Shown here in pieces: positions 36,164 through 46,740 of a DNA stretch of 64,000 bases. The DNA is from Candidatus Bathyarchaeia archaeon (lineage in GTDB: Archaea > Thermoproteota > Bathyarchaeia > Bathyarchaeales > Bathycorpusculaceae). Each line of letters starts with the position of its first letter. Positions within the stretch are counted from its first letter, which is position 1. The stretch lies in NCBI GenBank assembly GCA_038727135.1, contig JAVYWL010000004.1, forward strand, positions 1 to 64,000, given 5' to 3'. The position numbers and the translations under genes were made by a program. The notes beneath the pieces are model-generated. The model had not been told where the DNA came from and searched no databases. It worked only from the letters and a program-made list of their open reading frames with translations.

Positions 36164-36182
36164 AGATAGAGGCGCATGTTTT

Positions 36183-36797
36183 ATGGAGCAAACCAAGCTG
36201 TATGTTTTGCCACAGTTGCCTTACGGTTATGAGGATTTGAAGCCCTACATGTCTGAAGAGCAGTTGAGAATACACCACAGCAAGCACCATCAAGCCTACG
36301 TCAACGGGGCTAACACCATACTCCAACGATTAGACAAGGCACGCAAAGAAAACATCGACATAGATGTTAAGGCTACACTCAAGGAGCTTTCATGGAACGT
36401 TGCCGGACACCTTTTGCACTCGCTTTTCTGGGGCAACTTAGCACCGCCAAGCATGGGCGGCGGAAAACCAGACGGAAAATTAGCCGACAAAATCGCTGAA
36501 GAATTTGGAAGCTTTGAACGTTTCCAGAAGGAGTTTTCCCAAGCAGCCATAAGCGTTGAAGGCTCTGGATGGGCGGCTTTAACCATCTGTAGGCAGACTG
36601 GTCGCCTAATGTTAATGCAGGTGGAGAAGCATAACGTGAACGTTTATCCAACGTTCCAAATTCTCATGGTCCTCGACGTTTTCGAACACGCCTACTACAT
36701 AGACTACAAGAACGACCGAGGCAAATTCGTTGAGGCTTTTTGGAAAATTATCAACTGGGACGAAGTTAACCGACGCTTGGAAGAGGCACTAAAATAG
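36183..36797 (+). CDS. sod: Fe/Mn superoxide dismutase
   Basis: [38 protein letters not shown]. Confidence 0.96.
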   Translation: MEQTKLYVLPQLPYGYEDLKPYMSEEQLRIHHSKHHQAYVNGANTILQRLDKARKENIDIDVKATLKELSWNVAGHLLHSLFWGNLAPPSMGGGKPDGKLADKIAEEFGSFERFQKEFSQAAISVEGSGWAALTICRQTGRLMLMQVEKHNVNVYPTFQILMVLDVFEHAYYIDYKNDRGKFVEAFWKIINWDEVNRRLEEALK

Positions 36798-36810
36798 CCT
36801 TTAATGGTAG

Positions 36811-37257
36811 ATGTGTATGCCAAGAATTCTAATTCTCTATTATAGCAGGACTGGAAACACTGAGAAAATGGCTAAAGCAGTGGCTGAAGGAGCAGAGATG
36901 GTTCAAGGCGTGGACGTGGAGCTAACTTATCACGCAACACCAGAACAGCTAAAAGAGTTTGACGCTATAATTGTGGGAACGCCCACATACCACCATGACA
37001 CAACAGTCGACATAAAAATGCTCTTTGAAGAAGCCGCCGCAAAAAACATAAATTTGAAAGGCAAAGTGGGCGCCGCCTTCGGGTCTTATGGATGGAGCGG
37101 TGAGGCCCCAAGACTTGTCCTTGAAATCCTGAAAAACAAGTTTGAAATGGAAGTGACAGAACCGCCCTTGCTAATAAGGTACACACCAGACACAGCTGGC
37201 TTGGAAAAGTGCAGAGAATTTGGGCGGAAGATCGCTGAAAGGCTTGTTAAAGCCTAG
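36811..37257 (+). CDS. Flavodoxin
   Basis: YYSRTGNTEKMA, GTPTY, AFGSYGWSGEA. Confidence 0.93.
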   Translation: MCMPRILILYYSRTGNTEKMAKAVAEGAEMVQGVDVELTYHATPEQLKEFDAIIVGTPTYHHDTTVDIKMLFEEAAAKNINLKGKVGAAFGSYGWSGEAPRLVLEILKNKFEMEVTEPPLLIRYTPDTAGLEKCREFGRKIAERLVKA

Positions 37258-37306
37258 CATAGACATTAAAATAGTTCGGGCAACTTAGTATTATGGGGAA
37301 CCCTAA

Positions 37307-37786
37307 ATGTCTACAAAAAATGAACTTTTAAGATTCATCAAAAGACAGATTGAGGTCGAAAATGAAATTGTTGACTCTCTCAACGAGGCTTTGAAGGGCA
37401 TAAAAAATCCGTCAGTTAAGGGCGTTTTGAGGGGAATTTCGCTGGATTCTCTGAAACACGCGGAAATGTATGACGCCGCCCTAAAACTTTTAACCACAAC
37501 TCAGCAAGCACTCGCCCAAGAACACCTTAACAAACAAAGAAGCCTTGTGGAGAGGCATATTCAAATCGAGGCTGAACTTATAAAGAAGATAAGCGACATG
37601 CTGCCAACCGTTGAAAATGAGAAAGTTAAGCTTCTCCTAACAGCCATACTTGCCGACGAAAAACGGCACCATGAACTCCTAAAAGAAGTTTTAGAAATCA
37701 TCGTTAGGGGCGAGACAATAACAGAAGAGGACTGGTGGGACATTCTCTGGAAAAACGTGCCATTCCATGGAGCGCCAGGCGGATAG
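37307..37786 (+). CDS. Ferritin-like diiron protein (two-repeat)
   Basis: E..E...DSLKH and HIQIE...DEKRHH. Confidence 0.85.
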   Translation: MSTKNELLRFIKRQIEVENEIVDSLNEALKGIKNPSVKGVLRGISLDSLKHAEMYDAALKLLTTTQQALAQEHLNKQRSLVERHIQIEAELIKKISDMLPTVENEKVKLLLTAILADEKRHHELLKEVLEIIVRGETITEEDWWDILWKNVPFHGAPGG

Positions 37787-37884
37787 CTCAACATTGCAGT
37801 ATAATCTCCATTTTTATTGGATCTTCGCGTATTTTGGCAAAACTTTTAAACAAACTAAAACAAACTGAAGGGAGGTGAAATGTT

Positions 37885-38304
37885 TTGGCTTCTAAAAAAT
37901 TGTTGGAAATGCTGAACGACGCCATCGCAAGGGAAATGCAAGTCTCAATACAATACATATGGCAACACGTCCAATGGAGCGGTGTCAAAGGCTTCGCAGT
38001 TCAAGAAGAACTTAAAAAAGTGGCGATAACAGAAATGAAGCACGCGGAAGCCATCGCTGAAAGACTATTCTATTTGGGCGGAACACCCACAACAAAGCCA
38101 ACTGAAATATTTGTTGGAAAAACGCTCAAGGAAATGATACAACGAGACATAAAAGACGAGGAAAATGCCATAAACTTATATAAACAGATAATAGCCCAAG
38201 CCCGAAAAGAGAAGGACGAAACAACAGCCTTCCTATTCGAAGGAATACTAAAAGACGAAGAGGAACACCACGACCTCTTCACAACACTAGCAGAAGAAAT
38301 ATAG
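37885..38304 (+). CDS. Bacterioferritin-like protein
   Basis: LNDAIARE...QY, EMKHAE, E..AINLY, DEEEH ferroxidase ligands. Confidence 0.9.
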   Translation: MASKKLLEMLNDAIAREMQVSIQYIWQHVQWSGVKGFAVQEELKKVAITEMKHAEAIAERLFYLGGTPTTKPTEIFVGKTLKEMIQRDIKDEENAINLYKQIIAQARKEKDETTAFLFEGILKDEEEHHDLFTTLAEEI

Positions 38305-38501
38305 GCACCCCGAAACTTTTCTTTCACTCGATTTTTCTAATTTTTCAAACATCATGAAATTCACTTCTGAAACTAGAGAAAGAAGGGGAGATGGAAATGA
38401 AATGCGGCAACCAACTATTTTCGCATATTGCAAAAAGGTTTAATGCACATTAATGCATATCGCTGCGATAAAGCGAAAACTAACGGAGGTGAATTTAAAG
38501 A

Positions 38502-38780
38502 ATGTTGTCTCAAATTCCAATAAGGGTTGACAAGGTTGAAAAGAAGCTAGACTGCGAAATCTTGAGAGCCGCCATAATCGCCGAACTGGACGCAATAAAC
38601 CTTTATGAGCAGCTGGCAGCCACAACAACAAATGAAAGCATTAAGAAAGTGCTTCTGGAAATAGTCAGAGAAGAAAAAACCCACGTAGGCGAGTTCCAAA
38701 CGCTACTTCTAAAAGAGGACAAAGAACAGATCGAGGAGCTCGAGAAAGGCAGAAAAGAAGTTGAAAATATAACGGAATAG
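38502..38780 (+). CDS. Encapsulin-associated-type ferritin-like protein (EncFtn/Flp)
   Basis: EILRAAIIAELDAINLYEQ...REEKTHVGEF, half four-helix bundle of 92 aa. Confidence 0.88.
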   Translation: MLSQIPIRVDKVEKKLDCEILRAAIIAELDAINLYEQLAATTTNESIKKVLLEIVREEKTHVGEFQTLLLKEDKEQIEELEKGRKEVENITE

Positions 38781-38849
38781 GCAAATTTCCTAAAAGCGGT
38801 ACAAACTTGAGATAACCTTTTATTTTTTATGTGCAAAATCTGACGTTAA

Positions 38850-39326
38850 GTGAATGAAATGCTCTGGCAAAAACTAATCGAGATTATTTTGCAATTGTCA
38901 TTTAAAGCTGGCAAGAGGCCAGAGTGGCCTTGGGGATTACCTGAAGAATTAGTTTTAATTTTTGCAATTGCATGGTTTTTCCTATCATTGTTTGTACTAG
39001 CGGTTGTTTTGTATATCGCGGGGCTAATTGTTGTGGGCAGGAAGCGCGCCCTGCTCTCTGACGCCTTTATAATTTCTCTTTTGGGAACAGTTTTAACTAC
39101 ACTATTTGCGATTTTTATACCATATCCCCTAATCACTTTAATCCTAAGCCTTCTTGTTTGGCTTATCTTAATTAAACGCTTATTTGAAACTGGGTGGCTC
39201 GGTGCGATAGCGGTTGGCATACTTGCAATAATAATCTACTTGGTGATTCTCGTGCTCCTAGCCTTCGCCTTTCATATCTTGGAAAAGATATTTGACTGGC
39301 TACGGTCAATATGGCCTTTTACGTAA
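38850..39326 (+). CDS. Hypothetical membrane protein
   Basis: About 4 TM segments. Confidence 0.75.
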   Translation: MNEMLWQKLIEIILQLSFKAGKRPEWPWGLPEELVLIFAIAWFFLSLFVLAVVLYIAGLIVVGRKRALLSDAFIISLLGTVLTTLFAIFIPYPLITLILSLLVWLILIKRLFETGWLGAIAVGILAIIIYLVILVLLAFAFHILEKIFDWLRSIWPFT

Positions 39327-39886
39327 GCGAGGTTTTGCAATTGTCGGAATCGAGAAAACACACCATCATTTTAGGATTAGCCTTCCTCTTCTCTCTACTT
39401 TTATCTTCATTTGAGAATACTACTTTCTTTACAATTTTGGCAAAAGATATTCTCCAAAACCAATCATTAGCCGTTGGGATGATATTTCTACATAACGTAC
39501 TTGTCATTTCCATGATCCTTCTTGGCATGTCCTTTTATGTAAGCCTCGTTGTCACTGGATTCTTTAAAAGAGAAAAGTATTCACACATTGTTTTGGAACA
39601 TCCTCAAACCTTCGCCGTAGCCTTCACCGTAATGATTGTTTTCTTAAGCATATTGAGAGGTTGCATCCTAATATATGGAAAAGTCAGCTTGGAAGCATTG
39701 CCTAAAATACTGGTTATGAGCATGCCTGTGGGAATTGTCGAGGGTTGCGGTATCTATTTAACGCTTAAAAAGACGTTGAGCAGAACGCTTAAAACAAAAG
39801 ACCTAATCTACATTTACGGCATATTTTTCATCGCTGCTGTATTGGAAGTGGCCTTCATAAACTTCTTAACGGCGTTTAGAAGTTGA
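39311..39886 (+). CDS. Membrane protein, SpoIIM-like
   Basis: IFLHN, P.GIVE, AAVLE pattern with about 5 TM segments. Confidence 0.65.
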   Translation: MAFYVSEVLQLSESRKHTIILGLAFLFSLLLSSFENTTFFTILAKDILQNQSLAVGMIFLHNVLVISMILLGMSFYVSLVVTGFFKREKYSHIVLEHPQTFAVAFTVMIVFLSILRGCILIYGKVSLEALPKILVMSMPVGIVEGCGIYLTLKKTLSRTLKTKDLIYIYGIFFIAAVLEVAFINFLTAFRS

Positions 39887-39915
39887 AACCTAAAGATAAA
39901 TGTTTTAATCTGCGG

Positions 39916-41379
39916 TCAGAAACTGACGCCCTCAACCTTTTTCAGCTTTTCCCTCAAATCCCTTATAAGCCTCTTAAGTTTGGGGCTTAACTCAACCGGA
40001 TATTTGGCTGCCCCCCTAAGCCGCTTATACTTTTCTGGAAGCTTTGAAAGGTTGTTTAAGGCGTTTTCCCTTATATCTTCAAGGGACGGCAAATCATAGA
40101 CTATTTTGCCCTTTTCCATAACCTTAACAAGTAGTGGCTCCCCGCCAATGTCTTCGCCTTCCAAAGCAATTACATCTTTAACGAAATTTCCTTTTTCATC
40201 CTTAAACCTGAAGACTTGTTTTCTTCCCGGAAGAGTGGCTTTTCTTTCGCTCAGCTTCATTATTGGCTCGAATTCTCCTTTCTCGTTCATTTTTTCGCAT
40301 AGCTTGTAAATTATGTCAACATAAGGTCTGTCTGCTGATGTCCCCATGCGGGTTCCAACCCCGAAGGCGTCTATTTTTGCGCCTTTGCTCAGCAGTTCCT
40401 CTATTTTATACTCGTCGAGGTCTCCGCTTGCAAATATTTGCACATAACCAAGCCCATTATCGTCGAGCATTTTCCTAACTTTACGGCTTATTTCCACAAG
40501 GTCCCCGCTGTCGATGCGTACCCCGCGAAGCCTAAACCCCATTTTTTCAAGCTCTTTTGCGACGGTTATAGCGTTTTCCGCACCCTTAATATTGTCAAAA
40601 GTGTCTATCAAAAGGGTCGACTTGTCAGGGAAGGTTTTTACAAAAGCCCTGAAAGATTCTATCTCATTGTCGAAGAACATGACAAAGGAGTGTGCCATGG
40701 TCCCGAAAACTGGTATGCCGTACATCATTCCAGCTAGGACATTCGATGTGCCGTTGCAACCAGCTATGTAACTTGCACGGGCAACTTTCAATCCGGCGTC
40801 TGTTCCATGCTCCCTTCTCAAACCAAACTCAATTACGGATCTGCCTTGAGCAGCATAAACAACTCTAGATGCTTTAGTGGCTATTGTAGTTTGGAGATTA
40901 ATAGTGTTTAAAATGAAGGTTTCTATCAGCTGTGCCTCTATTATTGGGGCTGTAACCCTAATCAGTGGCTCGTTGGGAAAAACCACAGTACCTTCTGGAA
41001 TAGCCCAGACGTCGCCACTAAACTTAAAATTCCTCAAATATTCGAGGAATTCCTCTTTGAATCCTTGCCCCTTCAAAAATTTTATGTGTTCCTCTGTAAA
41101 CTTCATTTTTTCAAGAAAAAATAGGACTTGTTCTAAACCAGCAAGTAGAAAGTAGGAGCGGTTTGGGGGTAAACGCCTTATGAAAAGGTCGAAGGTGGCT
41201 GGTTCAAACCTCTTATTGTCAAAGTAACTTGCGCACATTGTAAGCTCGTAGAGGTCTGTTAACATACTCATGTTTTCTTCGTTAACAAAGCCTAACGATG
41301 CCTTCACGGCTTTCACCTTCGAAACTTGTTCTCTTTTATCCTGGGAATGGACAGGTCTTTGTTGGGCAACCTCCAGCAT
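39916..41379 (-). CDS. pncB: Nicotinate phosphoribosyltransferase
   Basis: LTDLYELTM, EFGLRR, GTMAHS, LIDT, RIDSGD; true start probably downstream (e.g. GTG 41316). Confidence 0.95.
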   Translation of the reverse strand: MLEVAQQRPVHSQDKREQVSKVKAVKASLGFVNEENMSMLTDLYELTMCASYFDNKRFEPATFDLFIRRLPPNRSYFLLAGLEQVLFFLEKMKFTEEHIKFLKGQGFKEEFLEYLRNFKFSGDVWAIPEGTVVFPNEPLIRVTAPIIEAQLIETFILNTINLQTTIATKASRVVYAAQGRSVIEFGLRREHGTDAGLKVARASYIAGCNGTSNVLAGMMYGIPVFGTMAHSFVMFFDNEIESFRAFVKTFPDKSTLLIDTFDNIKGAENAITVAKELEKMGFRLRGVRIDSGDLVEISRKVRKMLDDNGLGYVQIFASGDLDEYKIEELLSKGAKIDAFGVGTRMGTSADRPYVDIIYKLCEKMNEKGEFEPIMKLSERKATLPGRKQVFRFKDEKGNFVKDVIALEGEDIGGEPLLVKVMEKGKIVYDLPSLEDIRENALNNLSKLPEKYKRLRGAAKYPVELSPKLKRLIRDLREKLKKVEGVSF

Positions 41380-43429
41380 ACTCTGAATCTGCCGAAATAA
41401 ATTTCTTTTCAGCAGTTTTCACTTCCCCAATGTATAGGACTTGCTCTGGCTTGCTTCCATAACGGAAGACGGTTACGCCCTTACATTTTAGTTTCCATGC
41501 AAGCTCAAACACTTTTCTAACGTCTTCAACAGTGGCCTCAAAAGGCATGTTAACAGTTTTTGAAACAGCATTATCCGTATACTTTTGGAAGGCTGCCTGC
41601 ATCCTCACATGCCACTCCGGCTCAATGTCTAGGGCTGTCACAAAAACCCTTTTGACGTCCTCTGGAATCTTGTCTATCCTTTGAACAGAACCGGTTTTCG
41701 CTATCTCTTCAAGAAGATGAGCATCATAGAAGCCTCTTTCCTTCGCTACCATCTCAAATAACGGGTTTGTTTCAAAAAGCCTCGTTCCATCCAAAACGTT
41801 TCTTATAAAGGATATGGCGAAAAGCGGCTCAATTCCTGAGGAGCATCCTGCAATTATGCTTATGCTTCCTGTTGGGGCTATTGTTGTTACTGTGGCGTTT
41901 CTCATAGCCTTGTACTTGTCCTTCCAAATGCTCTTGTCGAAATTTGGAAACGAGCCCCTTTTCTCGGCGATTTCCTCCGACTTTTTATGGGCTTCCTCGT
42001 CGATGAACTTCATCAGTTTTTCTGCAAGCTCTAGGGCTCGTTCAGAATTGTAGGGAATACCCAGTTTAATGAGCATGTCCGCAAAGCCCATAACGCCTAA
42101 ACCTATCTTCCTATTCGCCTTTGTGACCCTCTCTATCTCCTTCAACGGGTATTTGTTCGCGTCTATAACATTGTCCAAGAAGTGAACAGCGTTCCTAACA
42201 GTTTCCCTAAGCTTCTTCCAATTAATTTTCCCATCCTCAACCATGCGTGAAAGATTGATTGACCCCAGATTGCACGACTCATAAGGCAGAAGTGGCTGCT
42301 CGCCACATGGGTTAGTCGACTCTATTCTTCCAACTTCCGGCGTAGGATTATGCCTATTAATCTCGTCTATAAATACGACGCCGGGGTCTCCACTAGCCCA
42401 AGCAGACCTCGCTATTAAGTTCCAAACATCCCTCGCCTTGAGCTTTTCCGTTCTCTCCTTGTTTCTGGGGTTTATCAGCCAATATTCGCCATCCTCCTCG
42501 AGAGCCTTCATAAACTCGTCGGTTACAGCAACTGATATATTAAAGTTTGAGAGGAAGCCTGGCTGCTGCTTTGCAGTTATAAACTCTAGAATGTCCGGAT
42601 GGTCTACACGCAGAATTCCCATCATGGCGCCCCGCCTTTTGCCGCCAGCCTTGATAACCTCTGTGGCAACGTCAAAAACCCGCATAAAACTAACAGGGCC
42701 GGAAGCCACACCCTTGGTGGACATGACTATGTCGCCTTTAGGCCTAAGCCTTGAAAAGTCAAAGCCAACACCTCCGCCACTTTTCTCGATTAAAGCCATG
42801 TTTTTAACGGCTTCAAAAATGCTGTCTAAAGAATCTTCAACAGGCAAGACGAAGCACGCGGAAAGTTGTCCAAGCTTTGTTCCAGCATTAAACAGCGTCG
42901 GCGAGTTCGGAAGGAACTCAAGCCTCGCCATCATTCTGTAGAAAGTTTCCTCGCTTTCTCTCGGGTCTTCGCCATATTTCCGGTCAATCCTCGCTATGGC
43001 CTTTGCGACTCTCCTAAACATTTGAGCCGGGTCTTCAATTATGTTTCCAGCTTCATCCCTTCGCAGGTAACGCTTCCTCAAAACTTCAAGGGCATTAACC
43101 GTCAACTTAGGCTCTTCAATTCCAAGTCTTTCCCTTAGCCGCCTTATTTCCTCCTTCTTACTCCTATAAGCCTGATACTCCGAAGCAACCTCCTCGAAAC
43201 CGCTATTCTTTAGAACCTCAATTACAACGTCTTGGACATCCTCAACCGACGGAATTTTCTCTACGAACCTTTCCTCTAAAAGGTCAACAACATCCCTTGT
43301 TAATCTTTCAGCTTTTTCTCCATCCTCAAGTTTAACAGCCACAAAAGCCTTGTGAATGGCGTTTTTAATTCTCTCGGCGTTAAAGTCAACTATTCGACCG
43401 TCTCTTTTCCTAATTTTTGTTATTGGCAT
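41336..43429 (-). CDS. nrdJ: Class II (B12-dependent) ribonucleotide reductase with ATP cone
   Basis: IRKRDG cone, [29 protein letters not shown]-terminal Cys pair. Confidence 0.96.
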   Translation of the reverse strand: MPITKIRKRDGRIVDFNAERIKNAIHKAFVAVKLEDGEKAERLTRDVVDLLEERFVEKIPSVEDVQDVVIEVLKNSGFEEVASEYQAYRSKKEEIRRLRERLGIEEPKLTVNALEVLRKRYLRRDEAGNIIEDPAQMFRRVAKAIARIDRKYGEDPRESEETFYRMMARLEFLPNSPTLFNAGTKLGQLSACFVLPVEDSLDSIFEAVKNMALIEKSGGGVGFDFSRLRPKGDIVMSTKGVASGPVSFMRVFDVATEVIKAGGKRRGAMMGILRVDHPDILEFITAKQQPGFLSNFNISVAVTDEFMKALEEDGEYWLINPRNKERTEKLKARDVWNLIARSAWASGDPGVVFIDEINRHNPTPEVGRIESTNPCGEQPLLPYESCNLGSINLSRMVEDGKINWKKLRETVRNAVHFLDNVIDANKYPLKEIERVTKANRKIGLGVMGFADMLIKLGIPYNSERALELAEKLMKFIDEEAHKKSEEIAEKRGSFPNFDKSIWKDKYKAMRNATVTTIAPTGSISIIAGCSSGIEPLFAISFIRNVLDGTRLFETNPLFEMVAKERGFYDAHLLEEIAKTGSVQRIDKIPEDVKRVFVTALDIEPEWHVRMQAAFQKYTDNAVSKTVNMPFEATVEDVRKVFELAWKLKCKGVTVFRYGSKPEQVLYIGEVKTAEKKFISADSEYAGGCPTKTCPFPG

Positions 43430-43566
43430 GGTTTTTCAATCACAATTGGATTAAACGCCAATATAAAGTTTGAAAAGCTTCTCATTCTTCCATCATTTTG
43501 TTGAATTTGCTGATTGAAGATTTGAAAATTTTATATACGGCCTTTGCCATTGTAGTGTTGAGTGTC

Positions 43567-43875
43567 ATGGCTGATATCTGTCCAATATGCGGGCTTCCTA
43601 AAGACTTATGTGTCTGTGGCGAGATAGGCAAAGAGCAGCAAAGAATTCGCATAAGGTTTGAAACAAGGAAGTTCGGCAGACCAACGACAATAGTTGAAGG
43701 CATAAATGACAAGGATGCAGATCTTGGGAGTCTAGCTCAGAAACTTAAAAGCTTTTGTGCATGCGGAGGCACGGCCAAAAACGGGCAAATAATCCTTCAA
43801 GGAGACCACCGCGAAAAAGTTCGCCAATATCTAATAAGACTTGGATATCCAGAAGAGAACATAGAAGTTCAATAA
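43567..43875 (+). CDS. sui1: Translation initiation factor SUI1/aIF1 homolog
   Basis: CPICGLPKDLCVC, CACGGT, LQGDHR. Confidence 0.95.
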   Translation: MADICPICGLPKDLCVCGEIGKEQQRIRIRFETRKFGRPTTIVEGINDKDADLGSLAQKLKSFCACGGTAKNGQIILQGDHREKVRQYLIRLGYPEENIEVQ

Positions 43876-43895
43876 ACGCCAAAAGGTGTAAGCCC

Positions 43896-44105
43896 ATGGG
43901 AATCCTACAGAATATGCGTGAAGTATTGAAGACTCTGAAACATAGGGGTCCATCAAAAATTTACTGTCCAAAATGTGGAAGCCCCAGAATCCATCTGTCA
44001 AGCAGCCTTGACTACTGGCTGACGCCTAAAAAGTATGTTTGCGAAGACTGCGGGTATGTCGGCCCAGTAGTTATGGAAATTGAAAAGGAAGAAAATGAAG
44101 GCTAG
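43896..44105 (+). CDS. Small Zn-ribbon protein
   Basis: CPKCGS...YVCEDCGY; AGGTG RBS before ATG 43896. Confidence 0.8.
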   Translation: MGILQNMREVLKTLKHRGPSKIYCPKCGSPRIHLSSSLDYWLTPKKYVCEDCGYVGPVVMEIEKEENEG

Positions 44106-44110
44106 AATGG

Positions 44111-45049
44111 CTAGTCTGGCAATTCCAAGTTTAGCTGTCTCTTCAATGTTTTGTAACGGTTCCGCACCGTAACCTCGGTGACTCCGGCGGCTTCGGCAAT
44201 GTCCTTTTGGGTTTTCTTCTCATTATTTTGCAAGCATGCAATGTATAATGCCGCGGCAGCCAATCCCATGGGATCTTTTCCAGCTGCAGCACGCTTCATT
44301 TTCGCTTCACGTAGAATTTGTATGGCTAGCCCTTGTGTCTTACCAGAAATTCCCGTTTTTTCAGCAATTTTCGACACGTAGGTTAATGGGTCTGCTATGG
44401 GCATCTGCACGTCAAGCTCGCGAAGCAGAAGCCTATAACAGCGGGCAACATCCTTTTTGTCCACTAGGCTGGCTTCTGCTATCTCCCTTAAAGTTCTCGG
44501 GGTTCCGCTTCCACGGCAAGCTGCATAAAGTGCAGCTGCAGCTATAGCCGCAATTGATCTTCCACGCACTAAGCCCTTGTCTAAGGCTTTGCGGTATATG
44601 ACGGCTGCCTTCTCCTTTATGGGTGGCGGAATGTACACCTTGTCTGAGAGGCGGTCAAGTTCAGCCATCGCTTGTGCCAAATTGCGGTCTATTGAGGAGT
44701 GCACCCTTGAGCGTATCTGCCATTTTCTTAGGCGCCACATTTGCAGTCTTGTTGAAAGTGGAAGTTTTCTTCCGAAGGCATCACGGTCCACTTGGCTTAT
44801 AGCTGTTGACAATCCCTTATCGTGGACGGAGTATGATGTTGGGACTCCAACGCGGCTTCTCGAGGCTTTCTCCTCTTGTGTGAAGGCCCGCCACTCTGGT
44901 CCCTTGTCCATCATCTGCTCGTGAAGCACAAGTCCGCATTCTCCGCAAACAGTCTCGCCAGTATCATAATCGTGAATAAGGTTTACACTGCCGCATTCTG
45001 GGCACTTGTCAACTAGGCGTTGACGGGTTCCGCCTTCTTTCCCGCTCAT
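44111..45049 (-). CDS. tfb: Transcription initiation factor IIB
   Basis: Zn ribbon, GPEWRAF B-reader, two cyclin repeats, TEVTVRNRYK. Confidence 0.98.
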   Translation of the reverse strand: MSGKEGGTRQRLVDKCPECGSVNLIHDYDTGETVCGECGLVLHEQMMDKGPEWRAFTQEEKASRSRVGVPTSYSVHDKGLSTAISQVDRDAFGRKLPLSTRLQMWRLRKWQIRSRVHSSIDRNLAQAMAELDRLSDKVYIPPPIKEKAAVIYRKALDKGLVRGRSIAAIAAAALYAACRGSGTPRTLREIAEASLVDKKDVARCYRLLLRELDVQMPIADPLTYVSKIAEKTGISGKTQGLAIQILREAKMKRAAAGKDPMGLAAAALYIACLQNNEKKTQKDIAEAAGVTEVTVRNRYKTLKRQLNLELPD

Positions 45050-45236
45050 TTTCTCACACTTCGATTTTTGCGTAGAACCGTCCCCTTTTCATTTCCCCAA
45101 TATAGGAGTAGAAGACGCCATCCGGCCCCGCGTGACTATCCAGATGAAATGTTTTAATATATAAATTTTACGGTTTAAACTAAAATATCCCCTTCACAAA
45201 TTTTGAATAATAATACACGCTACTAATCGAACAGAA

Positions 45237-46373
45237 GTGTCCACAAAAATGTTAAAGCTTCCAGAAAAACTGCGAAAAACACTTGAGAAAACAGTAAAAG
45301 AAATGGCCGCCAACGAAACAGTTTCTGGAATAGGCCTATTTGGAAGCTGGAGCCGAGGAGACGCCACCCTTTCAAGTGACGTTGACCTTCTAATCCTCAG
45401 CAATGAGCCGTTAGAAGACGAATATGTAGAAAGGATTTCAGTCGGCGACCTATTTTTAGACCTGAACTTTGTCCCAAAACACTTAATTCAAGGCCCCATA
45501 CACCCGAAACTTGACCAAAAACTCTATGAAGCCCAAATCTTGTATGACAGAGAATGGACTTTGACAAATACAAAACTTTCAATGGCTAAGTTTTATGGCT
45601 CGCCTGAAAGGATAGACATAAGAACACAAACTCACGTAATAGAGTCAGACGTATACCTGAGTCGCGCCACATCAGCCCATGCGAAAGGCGACTATCTGAG
45701 TGCTCAGCTCTTCGCCATAGTTGCCATGGAAAATATCTTGCGGGTGCCGCTGGAAATAGCCCTTGAACCATTTTCAAACAGCCGATTCTTAGAGAAATTG
45801 GAAATCGTAGCTGAAAGGCTTGGTATGCAAGAAATTTTTGATGACTATCTTAAAACAGCCAAACTAAACGAAGTGAGCGCGATGGAGGCTGAAGAGAAAC
45901 TGAAACTCTTTAAAACTGTTTGGGATGAAACGAGCTTATTAGTTAAACGTAAACTTCAAACGCTAAAAAACGTGCATTTCAAAGTTAAAACAAGCATAAA
46001 TTATTACTTCAATGCGGCGTTTATGCAGGGCACAATTTTGAGAGCAAACTCAATGATAAACTCTGAAAAGTTTGCCGAAACGGCGCATTACCTAACCAGC
46101 ATATCCTTAAACCTCATTGAAAATTACGCTTGGCTAAAAGCCACAGCCGAAAGGCAGAGAGTAGACTACACAAGCCTAATACGCTCGATAGAGAAACTTG
46201 AGAGAGGCAATCCTAAACACTACCAAAACATCATAAAACTACTAAACCTAACCGACACAGCCAATTTAAGCAAGGAAGAGACAACCCAAACCATCGGAAA
46301 AGTTAGGAGAAACATATTAAAGATAAGACGAGAAAGGAAACATTTAATCAAAACATACATATCAAAGAGTTAA
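45237..46373 (+). CDS. Nucleotidyltransferase domain protein with helical C-terminal region
   Basis: LFGSWSRGD...SDVDL pol-beta-like motif. Confidence 0.85.
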   Translation: MSTKMLKLPEKLRKTLEKTVKEMAANETVSGIGLFGSWSRGDATLSSDVDLLILSNEPLEDEYVERISVGDLFLDLNFVPKHLIQGPIHPKLDQKLYEAQILYDREWTLTNTKLSMAKFYGSPERIDIRTQTHVIESDVYLSRATSAHAKGDYLSAQLFAIVAMENILRVPLEIALEPFSNSRFLEKLEIVAERLGMQEIFDDYLKTAKLNEVSAMEAEEKLKLFKTVWDETSLLVKRKLQTLKNVHFKVKTSINYYFNAAFMQGTILRANSMINSEKFAETAHYLTSISLNLIENYAWLKATAERQRVDYTSLIRSIEKLERGNPKHYQNIIKLLNLTDTANLSKEETTQTIGKVRRNILKIRRERKHLIKTYISKS

Positions 46374-46395
46374 AATAACATCACATGTATTGTGA

Positions 46396-46471
46396 AGCCC
46401 GGTGGTGTAGTGGACAAGCATAGCGGGCTTTGGACCCGCCGACGGGAGTTCGAATCTCCCCCGGGCTACCA
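46396..46471 (+). tRNA. tRNA-Gln(TTG), CCA encoded
   Basis: AGCCCGG/CCGGGCT acceptor, GCGGG-CT-TTG-GA-CCCGC, GTTCGAATC. Confidence 0.97.
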
Positions 46472-46536
46472 AAATCTGAGATATTAAAAAACACGGTTGA
46501 TGTTGCAGTTTTCTATAGTTTGTTATAATCATGATT

Positions 46537-46652
46537 TGGTGCGGGGGGTGGGATTTGAACCCACGAACCCCTACGGGACAGCCGTTCTGCGAAACTTTTG
46601 GAAGAGGTTTCTCCTCAGGGCTGCGCCTTTGGCCAGGCTTGGCAACCCCCGC
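46537..46652 (-). tRNA. tRNA-Leu(GAG) with 28-nt intron at 37/38 (46585-46612), CCA encoded
   Basis: GCGGGGG acceptor, CAGCC-CT-GAG-G[intron]C-GGCTG, long variable arm, GTTCAAATC. Confidence 0.93.
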
Positions 46653-46740
46653 ATGTCACCGCTTTATTCCTTAATTTTGTAGGTGAAATTAAAGTTTCCT
46701 TTCAGTGATTTCAGGTTAATATAGAAAGGAGAGGGAGATT

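Noticed and set aside
36039-36182. N-terminal extension of SOD in the ORF track
   Set aside because: Region encodes rubredoxin in another frame; SOD starts at 36183
38305-38501. Possible decayed ferritin or encapsulin remnant in the gap
   Set aside because: Only a short HHE-like fragment; not enough to support a call
41336-43429. Intein in the ribonucleotide reductase
   Set aside because: Length is normal (697 aa), catalytic motifs are contiguous and no intein signature is seen
25565-46652. tRNA-anchored islands at tRNA-Asp, Met, Gln or Leu
   Set aside because: No duplicated tRNA 3' ends or integrases noticed near them
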